Virus record (IMG/VR): IMGVR_UViG_3300027777_001718
Location: 1 to 64,000 of that record
Direction: 5' to 3' (one strand)
Source: a virus
Length of the DNA: 64,000 nucleotides
Position 1 is the first letter of the stretch. Each line of letters begins with the position of its first letter. A program made the position numbers and the translations under genes. Shown here in pieces: positions 61,810 through 64,000 of this stretch. The notes below the pieces were generated by a model. That model ran no database searches. It was not told the DNA's origin and worked only from the letters and a program-made list of their open reading frames with translations.

Positions 61810-62490
61810 TTATCCGTCTTCTATACTTCTGATCATGTTGTCCCAACTATTGCTGGTGTCGGTTTCCCAACGACTTGGCGCCAACATGTGCACTATGCGC
61901 GGTCGGCGTTTTTGCACAATAACCGGCTCGTCTTGCAGGTTTCTGCCGCGGCTATGAATACGCCGCCGTAGAACTTTTTTGGCCTCACGACACTCGTCGC
62001 ATGTTTTTGCTGCCATGGTTTTGTACGCGCCGCATGCGCAGTGCCGCAAGTCTGCTGCGGTTGTTAGTCCCCACAGGCGCTCTACATAGCGTTTCCGCCA
62101 TTCAAACCATCGACGAAACGCACGAATTACTCGGTCGACACGTTTAGGTTCTACAGGCTGGGAAAGCAACGCTTGCGCTTCGACCGAGTTGTGTATGGTT
62201 TTTGCGCGTTCTTCTTCTTTGCCTGAGCAGTCTACAACGCGACATTTTCTACATGTTGCAGCATGCAAACTTTTTACACCGCCGCAATATACGCATATAT
62301 TGCCGCCGCCGCGTTGTAACAATTTAACAGTGTTGTTTAATCTGCGTCGTTGTTTTTCAAGTTCCCAAACCTCAGCTAGATTTCCAAGGCCGTTGCGCTC
62401 TCGATACGCGCGCAATTTTCCAGTAATTCCAGAAAGCTCGGCTAGCTTTTCTTTGAGCTTAGCTTGTGTTTTGGCCGCAAGCGTGGTCAT
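61810..62490 (-). CDS. Basic Zn-finger protein
   Basis: Two Cx(1-2)CG..K...A..C..C repeats. Confidence 0.6.
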   Translation of the reverse strand: MTTLAAKTQAKLKEKLAELSGITGKLRAYRERNGLGNLAEVWELEKQRRRLNNTVKLLQRGGGNICVYCGGVKSLHAATCRKCRVVDCSGKEEERAKTIHNSVEAQALLSQPVEPKRVDRVIRAFRRWFEWRKRYVERLWGLTTAADLRHCACGAYKTMAAKTCDECREAKKVLRRRIHSRGRNLQDEPVIVQKRRPRIVHMLAPSRWETDTSNSWDNMIRSIEDG

Positions 62491-62519
62491 GCGGGGCCCT
62501 TGTGTTTTCCGTTTAGATA

Positions 62520-63128
62520 TCAGTCCAGTACGCGTGTAACGGTGTTGTCTCGGGCTACGGTGCGCTGGTAGGTCACGCGGTACGAACCCGGGGGGAGAAC
62601 CCAGTCTCCGTGCTCAGGATGCGTTACGGTGTTGGTTTCTGTCAAGGCGAAGATCGGGCCTGCGAACGCCAGCAGTTCCGCAGCCGCGTCAAAGCCAACA
62701 ACGTTTGCCGGGCGGTCTTCGTTGCGATCTGCTGTGCGCATCAAAATCTGCCAGCCGGCTGCGGTTGTGTCGATGCCGTGCTGTTTAGCAATGAAAGCTT
62801 CAAGCTGCGTTCCGTTGAACTCCATTGGTGTGTATACCGTCACGCCGCGGCCATGCGCCAGACAATGACGGCTGCCTTTGGTGTTGCCGTCAGCAAGCTG
62901 CATTGGGAACGACGGGCTCGCTGGTTCAAACAAGATTGGCGTGGACGTAACATCCTCGATCAGCTGGATATAGATGTCACCCTGCCGAACAGCGTCGCCA
63001 ATACTGGCGGCTTCAGGAAAGTTCTGCGGATCGTCATTCTTGATCTTCTCAACCTGCGCCTGCGCCTCACGAAGCTGGCGGACGGCGGTGCTGTTATTGA
63101 TATCAAAGCTGGTAGCAGTAGTTGTCAT
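62520..63128 (-). CDS. Conserved partner of DUF6745 proteins
   Basis: RQGDIYI, LADG...GSRH, HPEHG...LPPGSYRV..QR. Confidence 0.72.
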   Translation of the reverse strand: MTTTATSFDINNSTAVRQLREAQAQVEKIKNDDPQNFPEAASIGDAVRQGDIYIQLIEDVTSTPILFEPASPSFPMQLADGNTKGSRHCLAHGRGVTVYTPMEFNGTQLEAFIAKQHGIDTTAAGWQILMRTADRNEDRPANVVGFDAAAELLAFAGPIFALTETNTVTHPEHGDWVLPPGSYRVTYQRTVARDNTVTRVLD

Positions 63129-63157
63129 GTGTAAACTCCAAGAAAAGGAACTAAAAC

Positions 63158-64000
63158 TCAAGAAGCGCCCAGCAAACGCATGGGCTTTGATGCATACGAG
63201 ACGTTGCCTTCAATACGGACATTCGCCATCCAGTGCTGCGCAGCTTCGCAGGTTGTGACTTCACTGGGCACGCTCAAGAAATACCGCCGGCCTGTAGATC
63301 TGCAGAACAGAACCATGCGTTTTTGACCAGCGGGCCGCCATCTGCCAGCATCTGTGTTATCCCGCATTTCTGAGCGCGGCGGGCCTACCAACATCTCGAC
63401 AGTGTTATCCACGTCGTTTGTGCGCCGGTCAAGCACAGGGCAGTCGGCTTCGACAATGAACTTGTCCCAGCCAAACTTTTCGATAGCCAGCCGGCGGGTT
63501 TCCTCGTTACGGATCCGCAGGATATGGTCGGTCGAAAGCTTATTTGGCGTCTCGACGATGTACTTGCCGCCTTCTTCCATATAGTGACCGTTGTTGAACC
63601 ACAGCCGCGTATTGTCAGCCCACGATACGGCGGGGCCCGTCGTGCTGTGCATTTCGCCTTCTTGGTCCGTGTGGATTGTTGGGCGGTCAGCCAGAATAAC
63701 GCACGACTTCTGGAACGCCATAAACGCCGTGCAATGGTGAAATACTTCGTGCTCCCACGTCATTTCAGGCGCGTCGAGCTTTAGAATGCGGCACAGGATC
63801 TCAGAGTCAATGGCTTTAGGCTGCGATCCAAGAAACACACTTTGCGCAACAAGTCCATTATCATCTGATTCTTCGGCTAGTAGATCTTCGATATCAACAG
63901 CGCGCCGCAATTCGCCGATAGCGTACAGCGTGTTGTTGTTACCCCAGATTGCTGCTGATTGAATTTCACCAAGTTTTTTGCTGGTATTTGTTGTCGTTAC
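63158..64000 (-). CDS. DUF6745-like protein, 5'-truncated at the window edge
   Basis: RP...D..G.MH...GPAVSWAD; IL...NEE.RR..IE.FGW; STGRRYFL.VP. The frame stays open to base 64000. Confidence 0.72.
   Translation of the reverse strand, partial: VTTTNTSKKLGEIQSAAIWGNNNTLYAIGELRRAVDIEDLLAEESDDNGLVAQSVFLGSQPKAIDSEILCRILKLDAPEMTWEHEVFHHCTAFMAFQKSCVILADRPTIHTDQEGEMHSTTGPAVSWADNTRLWFNNGHYMEEGGKYIVETPNKLSTDHILRIRNEETRRLAIEKFGWDKFIVEADCPVLDRRTNDVDNTVEMLVGPPRSEMRDNTDAGRWRPAGQKRMVLFCRSTGRRYFLSVPSEVTTCEAAQHWMANVRIEGNVSYASKPMRLLGAS

Overview
A 64-kb segment of a large tailed dsDNA bacteriophage genome. It is densely coding and almost entirely on the minus strand; the only credible plus-strand gene is an HNH endonuclease. 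From left to right: (1) a 3'-truncated cytidine deaminase that the ORF track missed; (2) a ~15-kb block of fibre/adhesin genes (BspA-type LRR, Gly-X-Thr collagen repeats, FN3, RCC1 propeller, LamG, Mtd-N/gp37-N-like connector domains); (3) thymidylate kinase, an HD-domain protein, a GT4 glycosyltransferase and the portal; (4) RuvC, a GT2-like protein, DUF1016-N-, DUF932- and ParB-like proteins, RecA; (5) a replication/recombination operon (putative SSB, family A polymerase with an N-terminal UDG-like domain, primase, DnaB, SF2 helicase, SbcCD); (6) tRNA-Gln(UUG), the HNH gene and many small accessory genes. The most striking observation is a gene pair wedged between sbcC and the SF2 helicase. 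One encodes a minimal stand-alone RAMP/Cas7-like protein (45811-46305). The other encodes an IS110-Tnp/Nop-domain-like protein lacking the recombinase catalytic motifs (46312-47253). These are relatives of two separate RNA-guided lineages, with no CRISPR or TIGR array in the window. Candidate structured RNAs lie at 52300-52470 and 36122-36185. A second theme is a gene-order-colinear 'plug-and-socket' motif pattern among the fibre genes. All family assignments come from reading motifs by eye; no searches were run.
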